From an uncultured Flavobacteriia bacterium (GTDB lineage: Bacteria > Bacteroidota > Bacteroidia > Flavobacteriales_D > Crocinitomicaceae), in assembly GCA_903873915.1 (NCBI GenBank), contig CAIQQH010000100.1:17759-81758 (forward strand): DNA of 64,000 bases. The letters are read 5' to 3'. A program made the position numbers and the translations under genes. The first letter of the stretch is position 1. The number at the start of each line of letters is the position of its first letter. Of this stretch, positions 17,908 to 28,193 are shown one piece after another. The notes beneath the pieces are model-generated. The model ran no database searches and was not told where the DNA came from. It saw nothing but the letters and a program-made list of their open reading frames with translations.

Positions 17908-20595
17908 TCAATTGAATTCGATCTCTTCTTCTTTGGACTCTTCCGACTCCTTTTTCCAGCCATTGATCGTTTTATTCTGTTTTGTTGTCGACTTCTGTTT
18001 TTTCTTTTCAGTCGGTTTCTCCGTGTCCGATTGTTTGGTATGAGACGGCGACAGCTCAATGTGCAGTTCCTCCTTGGGCAATTGCTTCGGCTCGTAGTTC
18101 TTCACGGTTGTATCGGCCTTAAAAAATCCAAATTCAGACTTCAGCATTGTTTTTACTGTTTCTTTCTCCGCTGCTCTATTTTCGGCCGCTTGTTGCTTGC
18201 GTGCAGTTTTATCCCATTCGATGGTTGGATTGTCTAGATCACCATACATCCGCATGTATACTTTCATTCCCGTGCCATCATCCACTTCCTCGCCAAATTC
18301 AGATTCAACACTTTTCTCCTTCAAGTCACGGAAACGGAAAGCGAAGCGGTAATCAATTTTGTTTGAAAAGGTATGAGTTCCCGAAACATCCATATCCAAC
18401 GCCGAACTTCGAATCGTCATTGACGGAATCTCAAGGCGGCTATTGCGAATGATAAAGGTATTTTCCAAGGTTTCAAACTGGAGGTCTTGTAACTTACGAT
18501 CCAACAAGCTGATGTTCTCCTTACCTATGGACAAACGTGTCGATGCACTTGATTTCAAGCTTTCAGTAATGGATTTAAACGCCCCCACATTTCTCAATCG
18601 GCCATTCGAAAGTTTCATGTGTACCTCTGCACGAATTTCTTCCGAAACGATACCTGTTTTCAGGTGAAATGGCGCCTCAAAATACCCTTCAGCTTGCGCT
18701 ATACCGGAGATGTTGTCTTCGCCAATCACCTCTTGTCGGAAGTTGTTCCATTCTTTAAACAGCGACTTGAAGTTTAGGTTGCTTGTTGAAAAATGAGTCG
18801 CAATCTGGAAACGCTCTGGTGAGTTTTCTGTGATGGTCAAGTTACCTCGAACATCTGCGTCAGCATTACGAAGCGATATCGAAGGGAAATTGATTTCTCG
18901 ATTTTTCACTTCCATTTGACCGTCGACACCGCGAAAAGTGTGTCCTTCGTAATCAATTCTTCCAACAGAAAGATCGATGTTTGCGCCGATATCACTCGGC
19001 AACATATACGTGTTTCCTTCTTGAATTTTCTCCTCCTTCGACGTTGTACCCAAGTCGGCCACATTGATGTAGTCGCTTTGAATTTCTACTTGCGCCTTTA
19101 AATCACCTACTTGACCCACATAGTTCATGATATTCCCAAACACACCGTTGATGCGTAAATCTGAAGACCCAATAGTTAGGGATACGTGATCAATTCCCGC
19201 CTCTTCATCATTTAGGAAAAGTGTCCCATTCATGTGAGCAAATGTACGCTTGTCATCCTCCAACTTCAGATTGACGTCATTCATTTTCACATCTCCAGTG
19301 CAATGATCCACGCTATAATACGATTGACCATCAACTACTTTGCGTGTTTGAACCCCAAAGTCTGTGGACATGCGCACTTGGCCAGAAACAGCTTCTACAT
19401 AAGGAATGTTAAATAGCGCATGAACCATTTTTAAGCTCAACACCCCTTTTGCTTTTCCTCTGTATTCAGGTGCATCGAAATGAGTGATGTGCATGTTTGC
19501 TTTAAAGGGTCCTGCGGGCGTAGTGAAATTGAGCTCATTCAATTGAAGAAACTCCTTGTCCTTCCCGCCTTTGTTGCTGTATTTTCCCGCCACATGCACT
19601 TTGCTGATGCGCAATTTCTTTGTTGGTTCCCTCAAAGACCCATTCGATACGCCAAAATCACATTCAATTTCTGCAGGATCAGTGTTGGTGAGATTTCCGT
19701 GGATCGATAGATTAAAAAATACATTTCCAGTACCTTCGAAACGTTTGATCTCCTTGGTTTCACTCTCTACCATGTTGTTGGCAATATCCTCCAGTTGTAC
19801 ATTGTCGGCATGCACTTCAAAATCCATGGCTTCATTCGTAACAGAGCCTTTCACTTTAAATGGTAGGTTAGCGACATAGATGCGTGCATCAGGAATTTCA
19901 ACAGTTCCTTTCTCACGGTCAACATTCAAATCCAGATCGAATGACGCTTTTTTATTGGAGATCAATGTGATATCACCACTTTTGGCTTGACGTACTTTCA
20001 ATGAACTTGCGGCATGAACCGTATACCGTGTATCCGTAAACTTTCCATTCATCACCAATTGATGGATGTGGGTGCGGTAACGCTGTCCAGTTGCTTGATT
20101 GATATAGTTAAAACGCAGGCCAGAAACTTGCACCTCATTCAGTTTAATTTCCGCTCCTGAAGATTCTTCTTTCGACGGTTTAAAAATGGTGTAATTGTCC
20201 GCGCCTGTTGTATCAATTTTAAGCTGCAAGGTTCCTTCCGCAATTTCAATTGATTTTACCGTGTAATTTTCGCGCCAAATGTCCATGGCATTGAATTTCA
20301 ATCGAATTTGATCCGTATACAAAAGAGTATCGCGATCTGTAGCATTGGTGACTGCATCGCGGATAAACACTTGATTGAGATCAACGGACAGATTCGGGAA
20401 GGTGCCCCAAAACGTAAGATCGACATCGGCCACGGTTACTTTAGTGTTCAGGTATTTGTTGGCCTCTTGCACTACCTTTCCACAGATTTCATCTTTGAAC
20501 ACATACAAACCACCGGAAATCAGGAGCATAATTCCTACGATGATTCCGAAAAACCACAAAGAAAATCGCCCTATTTTACGCCCTATTTGTCCCAT
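17908..20595 (-). CDS. AsmA/TamB-like outer-membrane biogenesis protein
   Basis: 895 aa with a single N-terminal TM anchor (FSLWFFGIIVGIMLLISGGLYVF), a long beta-rich body and a charged Lys/Glu tail. Family call is from architecture and memory only. Confidence 0.45.
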   Translation of the reverse strand: MGQIGRKIGRFSLWFFGIIVGIMLLISGGLYVFKDEICGKVVQEANKYLNTKVTVADVDLTFWGTFPNLSVDLNQVFIRDAVTNATDRDTLLYTDQIRLKFNAMDIWRENYTVKSIEIAEGTLQLKIDTTGADNYTIFKPSKEESSGAEIKLNEVQVSGLRFNYINQATGQRYRTHIHQLVMNGKFTDTRYTVHAASSLKVRQAKSGDITLISNKKASFDLDLNVDREKGTVEIPDARIYVANLPFKVKGSVTNEAMDFEVHADNVQLEDIANNMVESETKEIKRFEGTGNVFFNLSIHGNLTNTDPAEIECDFGVSNGSLREPTKKLRISKVHVAGKYSNKGGKDKEFLQLNELNFTTPAGPFKANMHITHFDAPEYRGKAKGVLSLKMVHALFNIPYVEAVSGQVRMSTDFGVQTRKVVDGQSYYSVDHCTGDVKMNDVNLKLEDDKRTFAHMNGTLFLNDEEAGIDHVSLTIGSSDLRINGVFGNIMNYVGQVGDLKAQVEIQSDYINVADLGTTSKEEKIQEGNTYMLPSDIGANIDLSVGRIDYEGHTFRGVDGQMEVKNREINFPSISLRNADADVRGNLTITENSPERFQIATHFSTSNLNFKSLFKEWNNFRQEVIGEDNISGIAQAEGYFEAPFHLKTGIVSEEIRAEVHMKLSNGRLRNVGAFKSITESLKSSASTRLSIGKENISLLDRKLQDLQFETLENTFIIRNSRLEIPSMTIRSSALDMDVSGTHTFSNKIDYRFAFRFRDLKEKSVESEFGEEVDDGTGMKVYMRMYGDLDNPTIEWDKTARKQQAAENRAAEKETVKTMLKSEFGFFKADTTVKNYEPKQLPKEELHIELSPSHTKQSDTEKPTEKKKQKSTTKQNKTINGWKKESEESKEEEIEFN

Positions 20596-20741
20596 TGTTC
20601 TTTAATCTGTCACGTGTATGTGGCTACCTTCAACGGAAGTCCCGATGATATTGTTACACATCTGAAGATTTTATTTCTAATTACTTGAAAACACCTTGAT
20701 GTTTCATACATTCCGCCTCCTACTCTTTTATACATTGTATT

Positions 20742-20749
20742 ATCTTTGC
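20742..20749 (+). promoter_or_regulatory. -7 promoter box TATCTTTG for the PfkB kinase gene
   Basis: Exact TAnnTTTG 12 nt upstream of ATG 20762. It lies inside the ORF-track extension that starts at 20696. Confidence 0.45.
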
Positions 20750-20761
20750 CCTAAAAAAAAC

Positions 20762-21694
20762 ATGCGTTTACTTACTGTCGGCAGCGTTGCCTTTGATGCG
20801 ATTGAAACACCCTTTGGGAAAACTGATAAAATCATTGGTGGTGCAGGAACTTATATTGCTCTATCCTCTTCTTTCTTTAACCGCGACCAGCGCATTGTAG
20901 CTGTAGTTGGAGATGATTTTCCTGTGGAGATGATTGAAACATTAAAGTCTAAAGGAGTTGACACAGAAGGATTGCAAATTCGTAAAGGCGAGAAGACCTT
21001 TTTCTGGTCTGGTCGCTACCACAACGACATGAACTCGCGCGACACACTTGTTACAGAATTGAATGTTTTAGGTGATTTCGACCCGATTATCCCTTCATCA
21101 TATCAAGGTACACCCTATTTAATGTTGGGGAATTTAAGTCCTCAAGTTCAAAGCACAGTAATCGAACGCTTGAATGTTCGACCAAAATTGATTGCCATGG
21201 ACACCATGAATTTTTGGATGGACATCGCTATGGACGATTTGGCAAAGACAATGTCCATGGTTGATTTATTGATCATCAATGATGAAGAGGCACGACAACT
21301 ATCGAAAGAATACTCCTTGGTGAAAGCAGCCAAAGCCATTCGTGCCATGGGTCCGAAATACCTCATCATTAAAAAAGGGGAGCACGGTGCCTTATTGTTT
21401 CACGGTGAGAAAGTATTTTTTGCTCCTGCATTGCCTTTGGAAGATGTTTTTGACCCCACGGGTGCCGGTGATACATTTGCTGGTGGCTTCATGGGTTACA
21501 TTGCCGCAACAGATGACACCTCTTTTGAAAACATGAAGCGTGCAATCATCGCTGGTTCTGCCTTAGCGTCTTTCTGTGTCGAGAAGTTTGGCACCGAGCG
21601 ACTTTTAGAAATCACGCGGGAAGATGTGGATGCCCGCATCGAACAATTTGTTGCCCTTACTGACTTCAATATGGGTCACCACTCCTCCATCTAA
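20762..21694 (+). CDS. PfkB-family carbohydrate kinase
   Basis: MRLLTVGSVAFD...GGAGTY (N-terminal GG motif) and DPTGAGDTFAGGF (PfkB signature 2). Confidence 0.8.
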   Translation: MRLLTVGSVAFDAIETPFGKTDKIIGGAGTYIALSSSFFNRDQRIVAVVGDDFPVEMIETLKSKGVDTEGLQIRKGEKTFFWSGRYHNDMNSRDTLVTELNVLGDFDPIIPSSYQGTPYLMLGNLSPQVQSTVIERLNVRPKLIAMDTMNFWMDIAMDDLAKTMSMVDLLIINDEEARQLSKEYSLVKAAKAIRAMGPKYLIIKKGEHGALLFHGEKVFFAPALPLEDVFDPTGAGDTFAGGFMGYIAATDDTSFENMKRAIIAGSALASFCVEKFGTERLLEITREDVDARIEQFVALTDFNMGHHSSI

Positions 21695-21726
21695 CGAAAT
21701 CTACCATCTCCTAATTTACCTTCACC

Positions 21727-23433
21727 ATGGAAATCCAGCAACTCATAGATGATTTAAAAACACTTGCATTGCAAGAAGATGTTTTGGCGGTAAGTCGAGA
21801 AATCAATGAGATTAAATCAAAATTTGATGACCAACTTCTCGAAATCGAGCGAAGGGATCAAGTGGCAAGCATGGAGGCTGAAGTCAATGGTGAGGCCTAC
21901 GAACCGATTGACATCAAACCTTTGAAGGAGGAATTTTACGCACTGTACAATGCCTACCGTGAAAGTAAAACTGCTGTTCTCAAAGCGAAAGAAACTGAGG
22001 AAACAGCTAACTTAAGCCAGAAAAAAGCACTGATTGAGCGCTTGAAGCACATCATTCAAAACGAAGAAAATATTGGCGCTGCGTTTAAGGCATTCAAAGA
22101 AATTCACGAAGCGTGGAAAAATGTGGGTGATATTGCACGTGAAAAACGCAACGATATGCAGCACGAATATTCGAAGCTGCTTGAGCAATTCAACTACCAG
22201 ATTTCCATTTACCGCGAATTGAAGGAACATGACTTGAAGCGAAACCTTCAACTCAAAGAAGCCCTTATTTCCCAATTGGAGGCCCTTACAAAAAGTGAAT
22301 CCGTGCGCGATCTTGAGTCCCTAATCAAATCTCTACAAAATGAATGGGAAGAAGTTGGTCCAGTACCAAATGAAGAGTGGGAGAAACTGAAAGATTTGTA
22401 TTGGAAGCATGTGCGTGCAATCTACGACCGCATCAATGTGCACTATGAAGGTCGACGCAGTGCACTGGCAGCAAACATTCAACTCAAGCGTGATCTATTG
22501 GAAAAAACACGTGAACTGATTGTACAAAGTGAAGCCAATTCCACAAGTAAACAGTGGGACGATGCCACTGAGAAGCTGCTCGAATTTCAAGAGGCATGGA
22601 AGAACATTGGTTTTGGTTCACGCAAAGAAAATGAAGAGGTATGGCAGGAATTCCGAGGGGAATGCGACGTTTTCTTTTCACGTAAAAAAGCGTTCTTTGG
22701 AAAAATCCAAGAAAAATACTCGGTTATCGCTGAGGCAAAACGCTCCTTGATCGCACAGGCAAATGCCCTTCGTGAATCGACCGATTGGAAAGCAACAGCC
22801 GATCAATTAATGGTGTTGCAGAAAAAATGGAAAGAATCTGGCCATGCCGGTCAAAAAATAGAGCAGAAACTTTGGTCTGAATTCCGCGGCGCTTGTGATG
22901 CTTTTTTCAACGCCAGACAAAAGCACTATGGTGAACAAGACCAGGAATTTGAAACAAATCTCGCTGCAAAACAAGCGATTATTCTACAGATAGAAAATTA
23001 CACTGTTCCTAACACAAAAAAACAAGCACTGGATGATCTACGCGAGTTTACCACAGCATTCAATGCCGTAGGACGCGTGCCGATAAAACTAAAGGATAGT
23101 ATTTACAATGCCTATAAAACAGCCATTGATGCGCATTACTCCAAAATAAAGCTCGAAGGTGCAGAAAAGGAAAACGTAATGTTCCAGGCACGGATCGATA
23201 CATTAGCTGGTAGTCAAGATTCAGCACGTGCATTTTCCCGTGAAAAATCAGACATCCGTCAACAAATCGAAGGATTGAAAAATGAGATTCGACAATACGA
23301 AAACAATCTAGGTTTCTTTGCGAACTCTAAAGGAGCTGACGAGTTGAAAAAAGAAGTAGAAGCAAAAATTAATGCTTCCAAAAATAAAATTGAAGCACTG
23401 AAGCGCAAATTATCCATGATTCCAAATGAATAA
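21727..23433 (+). CDS. DUF349 domain protein (helical repeat)
   Basis: Repeated ~75-aa helical units with the W..(V/I)G...... W..F motif: EAWKNVGDI, NEWEEVGPVPNEEWEKL, EAWKNIGFGSRKENEEVWQEFR, KKWKESGHAGQKIEQKLWSEFR. Confidence 0.7.
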   Translation: MEIQQLIDDLKTLALQEDVLAVSREINEIKSKFDDQLLEIERRDQVASMEAEVNGEAYEPIDIKPLKEEFYALYNAYRESKTAVLKAKETEETANLSQKKALIERLKHIIQNEENIGAAFKAFKEIHEAWKNVGDIAREKRNDMQHEYSKLLEQFNYQISIYRELKEHDLKRNLQLKEALISQLEALTKSESVRDLESLIKSLQNEWEEVGPVPNEEWEKLKDLYWKHVRAIYDRINVHYEGRRSALAANIQLKRDLLEKTRELIVQSEANSTSKQWDDATEKLLEFQEAWKNIGFGSRKENEEVWQEFRGECDVFFSRKKAFFGKIQEKYSVIAEAKRSLIAQANALRESTDWKATADQLMVLQKKWKESGHAGQKIEQKLWSEFRGACDAFFNARQKHYGEQDQEFETNLAAKQAIILQIENYTVPNTKKQALDDLREFTTAFNAVGRVPIKLKDSIYNAYKTAIDAHYSKIKLEGAEKENVMFQARIDTLAGSQDSARAFSREKSDIRQQIEGLKNEIRQYENNLGFFANSKGADELKKEVEAKINASKNKIEALKRKLSMIPNE

Positions 23434-24094
23434 ATTCATCAACGCAATCTTATTGTTTTTGCTCTTTCCTACGATGGCCATGACCATTTATGTAGGATTT
23501 GATCTACCTGTAGATTTTTTAAAGACCACTGGCGCTTATATCCCCTATAAAACAGAAATATTTCTCGGATTGGGTTTACTTATTTTAATCATTAACCTCC
23601 GCAGAAGTATCCGCCGATGGATGGGTATGCGCATCATCAATCAAACAGACCGTTTTCGTTGGAATGTCCCAGTAAGTAGCAATCGAATGAAGAGGATCGT
23701 CGTATACACCTTACTTGAGGCCTTTATTCTAGGTTTTATTGGGTTTGCCCTTTACACCATAACACCACTTGCCATTGTACCTGCTGCAGGATACCTTTTT
23801 TGCACCGTGGACAACGTTGTTTTTCTTTTGGTGGGCGGTATAGGCAAAAAATTTAGGGCTGGCGTGACCTCAAAAGCAGTCATAGTTGCCGACCGCGATG
23901 TGGTGTTGGCCTATTTTACTGGGCTCCGACGAGTGACCATACATCAAGATTCTGTGTACTTCCATTACATCAAAGATTTGCAATTGGATTTCCCAATCGA
24001 CTGCATCGAGCTCAATGAACGAGATGCCTTTTTCAATGCCTTGAACGATCAAATTGATCGAGACCGGGTGTTTGTTACGACAGAACGCACGTAA
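23426..24094 (+). CDS. Hypothetical membrane protein (4 predicted TM helices plus a C-terminal soluble domain)
   Basis: ATG overlaps the DUF349 stop by 8 nt (translational coupling likely). No motif recognised. Confidence 0.5.
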   Translation: MNKFINAILLFLLFPTMAMTIYVGFDLPVDFLKTTGAYIPYKTEIFLGLGLLILIINLRRSIRRWMGMRIINQTDRFRWNVPVSSNRMKRIVVYTLLEAFILGFIGFALYTITPLAIVPAAGYLFCTVDNVVFLLVGGIGKKFRAGVTSKAVIVADRDVVLAYFTGLRRVTIHQDSVYFHYIKDLQLDFPIDCIELNERDAFFNALNDQIDRDRVFVTTERT

Positions 24095-24247
24095 TACACC
24101 AGATTGGCAGTGACCTGGAATCAATACCAATTGAAAATCAATTGATTATTTCGGCTGTTCACACAAATATAATGTTCCATTTGTTGTCTAGAAATCTGTT
24201 TCCGGCTCTTCTCGGTATCAGTTTTTCTTTAAATACTTTTTTTAGTT

Positions 24248-24275
24248 GTGTTTAATTCAGCTAAACACTTGTTTT
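24248..24275 (+). terminator. Terminator-like hairpin GTGTTTA-attcagc-TAAACAC followed by TTGTTTTC
   Basis: 7-bp AT-rich stem with a 7-nt loop and a T-rich tail. Lies ~150 nt downstream of the 23426..24094 gene, inside a 390-bp non-coding region. Confidence 0.3.
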
Positions 24276-24484
24276 CAAAAGACTCTTGTGAACTATATAA
24301 TTCATTAATCATTAGAAAAAACATCAAATGGTTGGGTCAATTTGGCAGTAAATTATTACCAAAAAGACAATACTGCCCTATCTTTTTAACTATACGCTGT
24401 GTTTAAGTTTACTGATTTGCTTGAAGTGTTGACTAATTAAAATTCTTACTTTGTATTAGTTATTGTGGGGTCTTACTACATACA

Positions 24485-25900
24485 ATGAGGAAAAACCAAG
24501 CGTTAAATGCGGCAATTGATTCGACAGATGATATTGTTCAGCTTCAAAGATTGATTCGAACGTCAGTATTGACTGGGTCGGACCAAGAGCTTGATGCCTT
24601 TTTTGGCGACTTGAAAACAGCATTAATCACCGTTGACAATGAATTTAAAATTCTCTACATCAATAACACTGCGGCAAACCTAGTTAGCGACAAAGAATAC
24701 GAGGCTGAAAAAGGCAGCATGGTCATTGATTTCGTGAAGCGCATCTTGAGTCCATCTTCACTTATTTCATTCTACGAGCACCTCATCCACAAAAATGAAC
24801 TCAAGCTTTCAGAAGGCTTTACAATGCCTAGAATTGAGCGCATTGGAATGATCCCGATAGGAACAGATGGATTCGTGATCAAGGTATGGTTAAACGAGCG
24901 TTATACCGACTCTGCGGCCAACCTTTTCCGTTACTTCCCTGGATTGCCCATTGCTTATTTTGGTTTTGATTTATTGGCAGGGAAGCGCTTATCCATTCGC
25001 TTTCTTAGTGACAACTTCCACATCCTTTTTCCATTCTTGGATATTGATCATGTGATTGCAGACGAAAACTATTTTCTCTCCAACTTCCATCCAGACGATC
25101 TCCCAGAATTTTTAAGTAAGATCCAACACTTAAAAAAAGGCCGCGATTCATTCAATACAGAGTTTAGATTGATGAAACCCGACGGAAGTGAGCATTGGTA
25201 CCGTTTGATTTCAGGAAAATTCTCTGAGCGCAAGGATAAAAACTTTTGGTTGGCCTATATTGAGGACATTGACGAAAAGAAAAAACCGGCCCTTGAGAAA
25301 GAGCGTTTGGTTTACGAAACCCTCGATGAGGAACGCAACCGAATGGCGATGGAGCTGCACGATGGCTTGGGCCAAAATCTTGTTGCATTGAATTTGTACC
25401 TCTCTACGGTAATGTCCGAAACTGAAAATAGGATGCTTGGCATTTGCCGTGACTTGGCTAAAGAGAGCATTATGTTGATGAAATCGATGTGTTACAATCT
25501 CGCGCCGCCCGAGCTTGACCGTGGATTGCTTTATGCCTTGGATGTGTACTTTGGCAAGATGAATGAACTCTCAGGCAACATCGAATATGTGTACAATGCC
25601 AAAAAAGTTCCGCTAACGCACATGACGCAAGAAAACGCGTACAACATTTTCCGCATCATTCAAGAATTTGTCACGAACTCGCGAAAGTATTCCGAATGTA
25701 CAACGATTGAATGCACGATAGGAAAGCGCAATCAAAAAATGATCTTGGAAATTCACGACAACGGGATTGGTTTTGATATGCGTAAAATTGAAACTGGCTT
25801 CGGATTGAAGAACATGGTAAAACGTGCTCATGTGGCCAACGCCTCCATTGAACTCATCAGTGCTCCAGGAGAAGGAACGGCAATCATTATTGAGTTTTAG
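24485..25900 (+). CDS. Sensor histidine kinase, NarL-partner type (PAS-like regions, HisKA_3, HATPase_c), cytoplasmic
   Basis: H-box ERNRMAMELHDGLGQNLVAL (HisKA_3). ATP-lid ...HDNGIGFD...GFGLKNM...PGEGT. No TM segments seen. Confidence 0.8.
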   Translation: MRKNQALNAAIDSTDDIVQLQRLIRTSVLTGSDQELDAFFGDLKTALITVDNEFKILYINNTAANLVSDKEYEAEKGSMVIDFVKRILSPSSLISFYEHLIHKNELKLSEGFTMPRIERIGMIPIGTDGFVIKVWLNERYTDSAANLFRYFPGLPIAYFGFDLLAGKRLSIRFLSDNFHILFPFLDIDHVIADENYFLSNFHPDDLPEFLSKIQHLKKGRDSFNTEFRLMKPDGSEHWYRLISGKFSERKDKNFWLAYIEDIDEKKKPALEKERLVYETLDEERNRMAMELHDGLGQNLVALNLYLSTVMSETENRMLGICRDLAKESIMLMKSMCYNLAPPELDRGLLYALDVYFGKMNELSGNIEYVYNAKKVPLTHMTQENAYNIFRIIQEFVTNSRKYSECTTIECTIGKRNQKMILEIHDNGIGFDMRKIETGFGLKNMVKRAHVANASIELISAPGEGTAIIIEF

Positions 25901-25907
25901 GTGTCCT

Positions 25908-26303
25908 TTACACCCCAGGCATTTCAGAGAAATACTCTCCGCCTTCAGCAACCGCTTTTATGGCTTCTTTAATGGTCGAAATGGATGCGTTTTTAAGCAC
26001 ATATCCCTTCAAACCAATTTCCTTCGCTTTTAATAAATAATGAGGCTGATCCTGCATCGTGATGGCCATGATGCGTATGCTTGAATTCGATTGAATCAAT
26101 TCTCGAGAAATTTCCAATCCATTTTTATCGCGCGGTAAATTGATATCCATCAAAACCACTTCTGGCTCTAGCTGTAAAATTGGCTCTACAATGTTCTCGC
26201 CATTCGTAAATACAGTCACCGAATAACCCATTGCCACAAGAATTTCTTCCCAAACCGCAGCAATCAGTTTAAAATCTTCAACAACAACAGCGTTTTTACT
26301 CAT
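25908..26303 (-). CDS. Stand-alone response-regulator receiver domain (NarL-type receiver without HTH)
   Basis: VVVEDF...VVLMDINLP...AITM...KGYVLK receiver motifs. 131 aa; ends where the NarL linker and HTH would begin. Confidence 0.8.
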   Translation of the reverse strand: MSKNAVVVEDFKLIAAVWEEILVAMGYSVTVFTNGENIVEPILQLEPEVVLMDINLPRDKNGLEISRELIQSNSSIRIMAITMQDQPHYLLKAKEIGLKGYVLKNASISTIKEAIKAVAEGGEYFSEMPGV

Positions 26304-26343
26304 ACGCTACAATTTTTAGGTATAGAAATATAACAACTTGCAA

Positions 26344-26982
26344 TTAAAGGTATCCTTTTTCCTTTGCCCAGCCAGTCAATTGTGCGGCATTGGAAAAATC
26401 TAGTTTTTTTAAAATATTGTGTCGGTGTGTTTCCACCGTACGTGGCGAAAGGAACAATTGATCCGCAATTTCTTTTGAAGTCAAACCTTTGGCAATCAAT
26501 TTAATCACCTCAATTTCTTTCAAGGTAACTTCTTTTTTATTCTCTTCGTTGTCCAAGTGCAGTAAGGACGCAAAATAACGGTCTTTGATTTCTGTAGCGA
26601 TGTAGGTCTCTCCATTGTAAACTGCATGCACAGCAGCAATGAGTTCTTCACGATTGATGTTCTTTGTTAAATACCCTTTCCCACCAATCGACAAAAACTT
26701 CTTCACATAGTTGATCTCATCGTGCAAGGTCAAACCAATTATTCGTGTTTTCGGCAAACTGTTGTAAATCCGTTCCGCTGCATCAAAGCCATTACTTCCT
26801 TTAAGGTTAATGTCCATCAGTACCACATCTGGGCGGTATTGAATAGATAAATTGTAGGCGTCATCCGCATTGTCTGTCTTCGCAACCACCTGAATTCCGG
26901 GCGCTGTTGACAGCAAAGAAACCCATGCTTCACGAATCAACGCATGGTCATCGACAACAAGTACTTTAATTAGTTCTGACAT
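26344..26982 (-). CDS. Response regulator, NarL/LuxR family (receiver plus LuxR-type HTH)
   Basis: VLVVDDH...VVLMDINL...GLTLH...KGYLTK plus the C-terminal LTLKEIEVIKLIAKGLTSKEIADQLFLSPRTVETHRHNILKKL. Confidence 0.9.
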   Translation of the reverse strand: MSELIKVLVVDDHALIREAWVSLLSTAPGIQVVAKTDNADDAYNLSIQYRPDVVLMDINLKGSNGFDAAERIYNSLPKTRIIGLTLHDEINYVKKFLSIGGKGYLTKNINREELIAAVHAVYNGETYIATEIKDRYFASLLHLDNEENKKEVTLKEIEVIKLIAKGLTSKEIADQLFLSPRTVETHRHNILKKLDFSNAAQLTGWAKEKGYL

Positions 26983-27257
26983 AAGTAGCGAAATAGAATT
27001 CTAAAAGATTTGAATGTGAATGTACTAAATTATTTCTCAATTCGTAAAAATCACAGCATACTTCATGGATAAAAACAGCGTAAATCATCAGTAAAGAATA
27101 CATAAGGTTCTCCGCGTGTAGACGACCATAAGCTTGTTTTCCCAAAAGCCTTCTGTACAGCAGGGTTCTGGCACATGGAAGTTGTTAGCACTTCGTTTTT
27201 TATGCTTAAAATTTTTACTGATTTCTATTTATCAGTTTCTCATACTTTTGATTGTTT

Positions 27258-28193
27258 TCATTCCTCACTGTCATTACTTTCTTGAATTTTTTCCACTAAC
27301 TTCTTTTCAAATTTGTTGTGTATAAAAAGAATTGAAAGCCCAAATAAAATAGCAGAAACAATCAGTATATTGTTTATGATCCCATCAACAGAAAAAGATA
27401 TTCGAATTAATATGGTTGAAATAAGAAACCCTGAATTCCGAATAACTTTATGGAAATCGTCTGTGTGGAAAAATGAAATTAACAACAAGATTACATCGGC
27501 AATAATTAGAATATTGAAAAACTGTTCAAAGAAAATATTGTTGATGTTCTTGAAAGAAAGAGCATTATTTTCAAGTGGTTGAAAGATACTAATACTCCAG
27601 TTTAAAAATGAATATATTGCAATGATCAAGAGCACAGGAACTAAGGCTGTGGCTATCCATTTTTTTGCTTTTATAAATTTTGAAATACTTGAAGATTGAC
27701 TTTTACTATTTTTAATAGTTCTAAATACCCTGGTTCGTTGAACATGGAATAGATAAATTAAATAGAATAAAAAGACCGAAGCTATTAAATCATAGGTAAA
27801 CTGCAAATCATTTTTAATGCTAAACCAATGAGACGAAAGTGATAAATCTGAAAGGTCTTTGAACAATCGTCGAATAATGATGAGTGAAATAATTTCATAT
27901 TGCTTTGAGATATAAATAGAAGTTGATTTTGGGAGGTAGTAAACTAAAAGATACACCTCATAAACCAATATAAATGAAAAAGGGGTATATATTGCAGAGA
28001 TCGGATTGTTTAATAAGTGTGACGGTTCATTGATTGTAATAAGATTAAAATGAATCAAGCCAATTAATACTAAGTGAATAATAAAACTCACTAATGCTAT
28101 CCATAAGATCACACGTTCACTCCTTTCTTTCGTTCTCTTTGAAAGAAGTTTTTGGTGCAGTTTTTCAAAGAGTATTGATGAGTCCATGTTCAT
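27258..28193 (-). CDS. Hypothetical polytopic membrane protein (about 8 TM helices) in a markedly AT-rich segment
   Basis: 311-aa intact ORF, Ile/Leu/Phe/Asn/Lys-rich, no motif recognised. Hand-counted 60-nt lines inside give about 17-35% G+C versus about 38-45% in the flanking kinase and regulator genes. Confidence 0.6.
   Translation of the reverse strand: MNMDSSILFEKLHQKLLSKRTKERSERVILWIALVSFIIHLVLIGLIHFNLITINEPSHLLNNPISAIYTPFSFILVYEVYLLVYYLPKSTSIYISKQYEIISLIIIRRLFKDLSDLSLSSHWFSIKNDLQFTYDLIASVFLFYLIYLFHVQRTRVFRTIKNSKSQSSSISKFIKAKKWIATALVPVLLIIAIYSFLNWSISIFQPLENNALSFKNINNIFFEQFFNILIIADVILLLISFFHTDDFHKVIRNSGFLISTILIRISFSVDGIINNILIVSAILFGLSILFIHNKFEKKLVEKIQESNDSEE

Noticed and set aside
17820-18059. 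79-aa and 71-aa ORFs overlapping the 3' end of the AsmA-like gene
   Set aside because: They are artefacts of the Lys/Glu/Ser-rich low-complexity tail (AAG/GAA-rich DNA open in several frames) and have no independent signals.
27177-27201. Plus-strand hairpin GAAGT-tgttagc-ACTTC followed by a T6 run, in the gap between two minus-strand genes; considered as the terminator of an sRNA
   Set aside because: The stem is only 5 bp, there is no upstream promoter box on the plus strand, and the only plus-strand ORF here (27134..27325, TTG start) looks spurious. The evidence is too weak to call.
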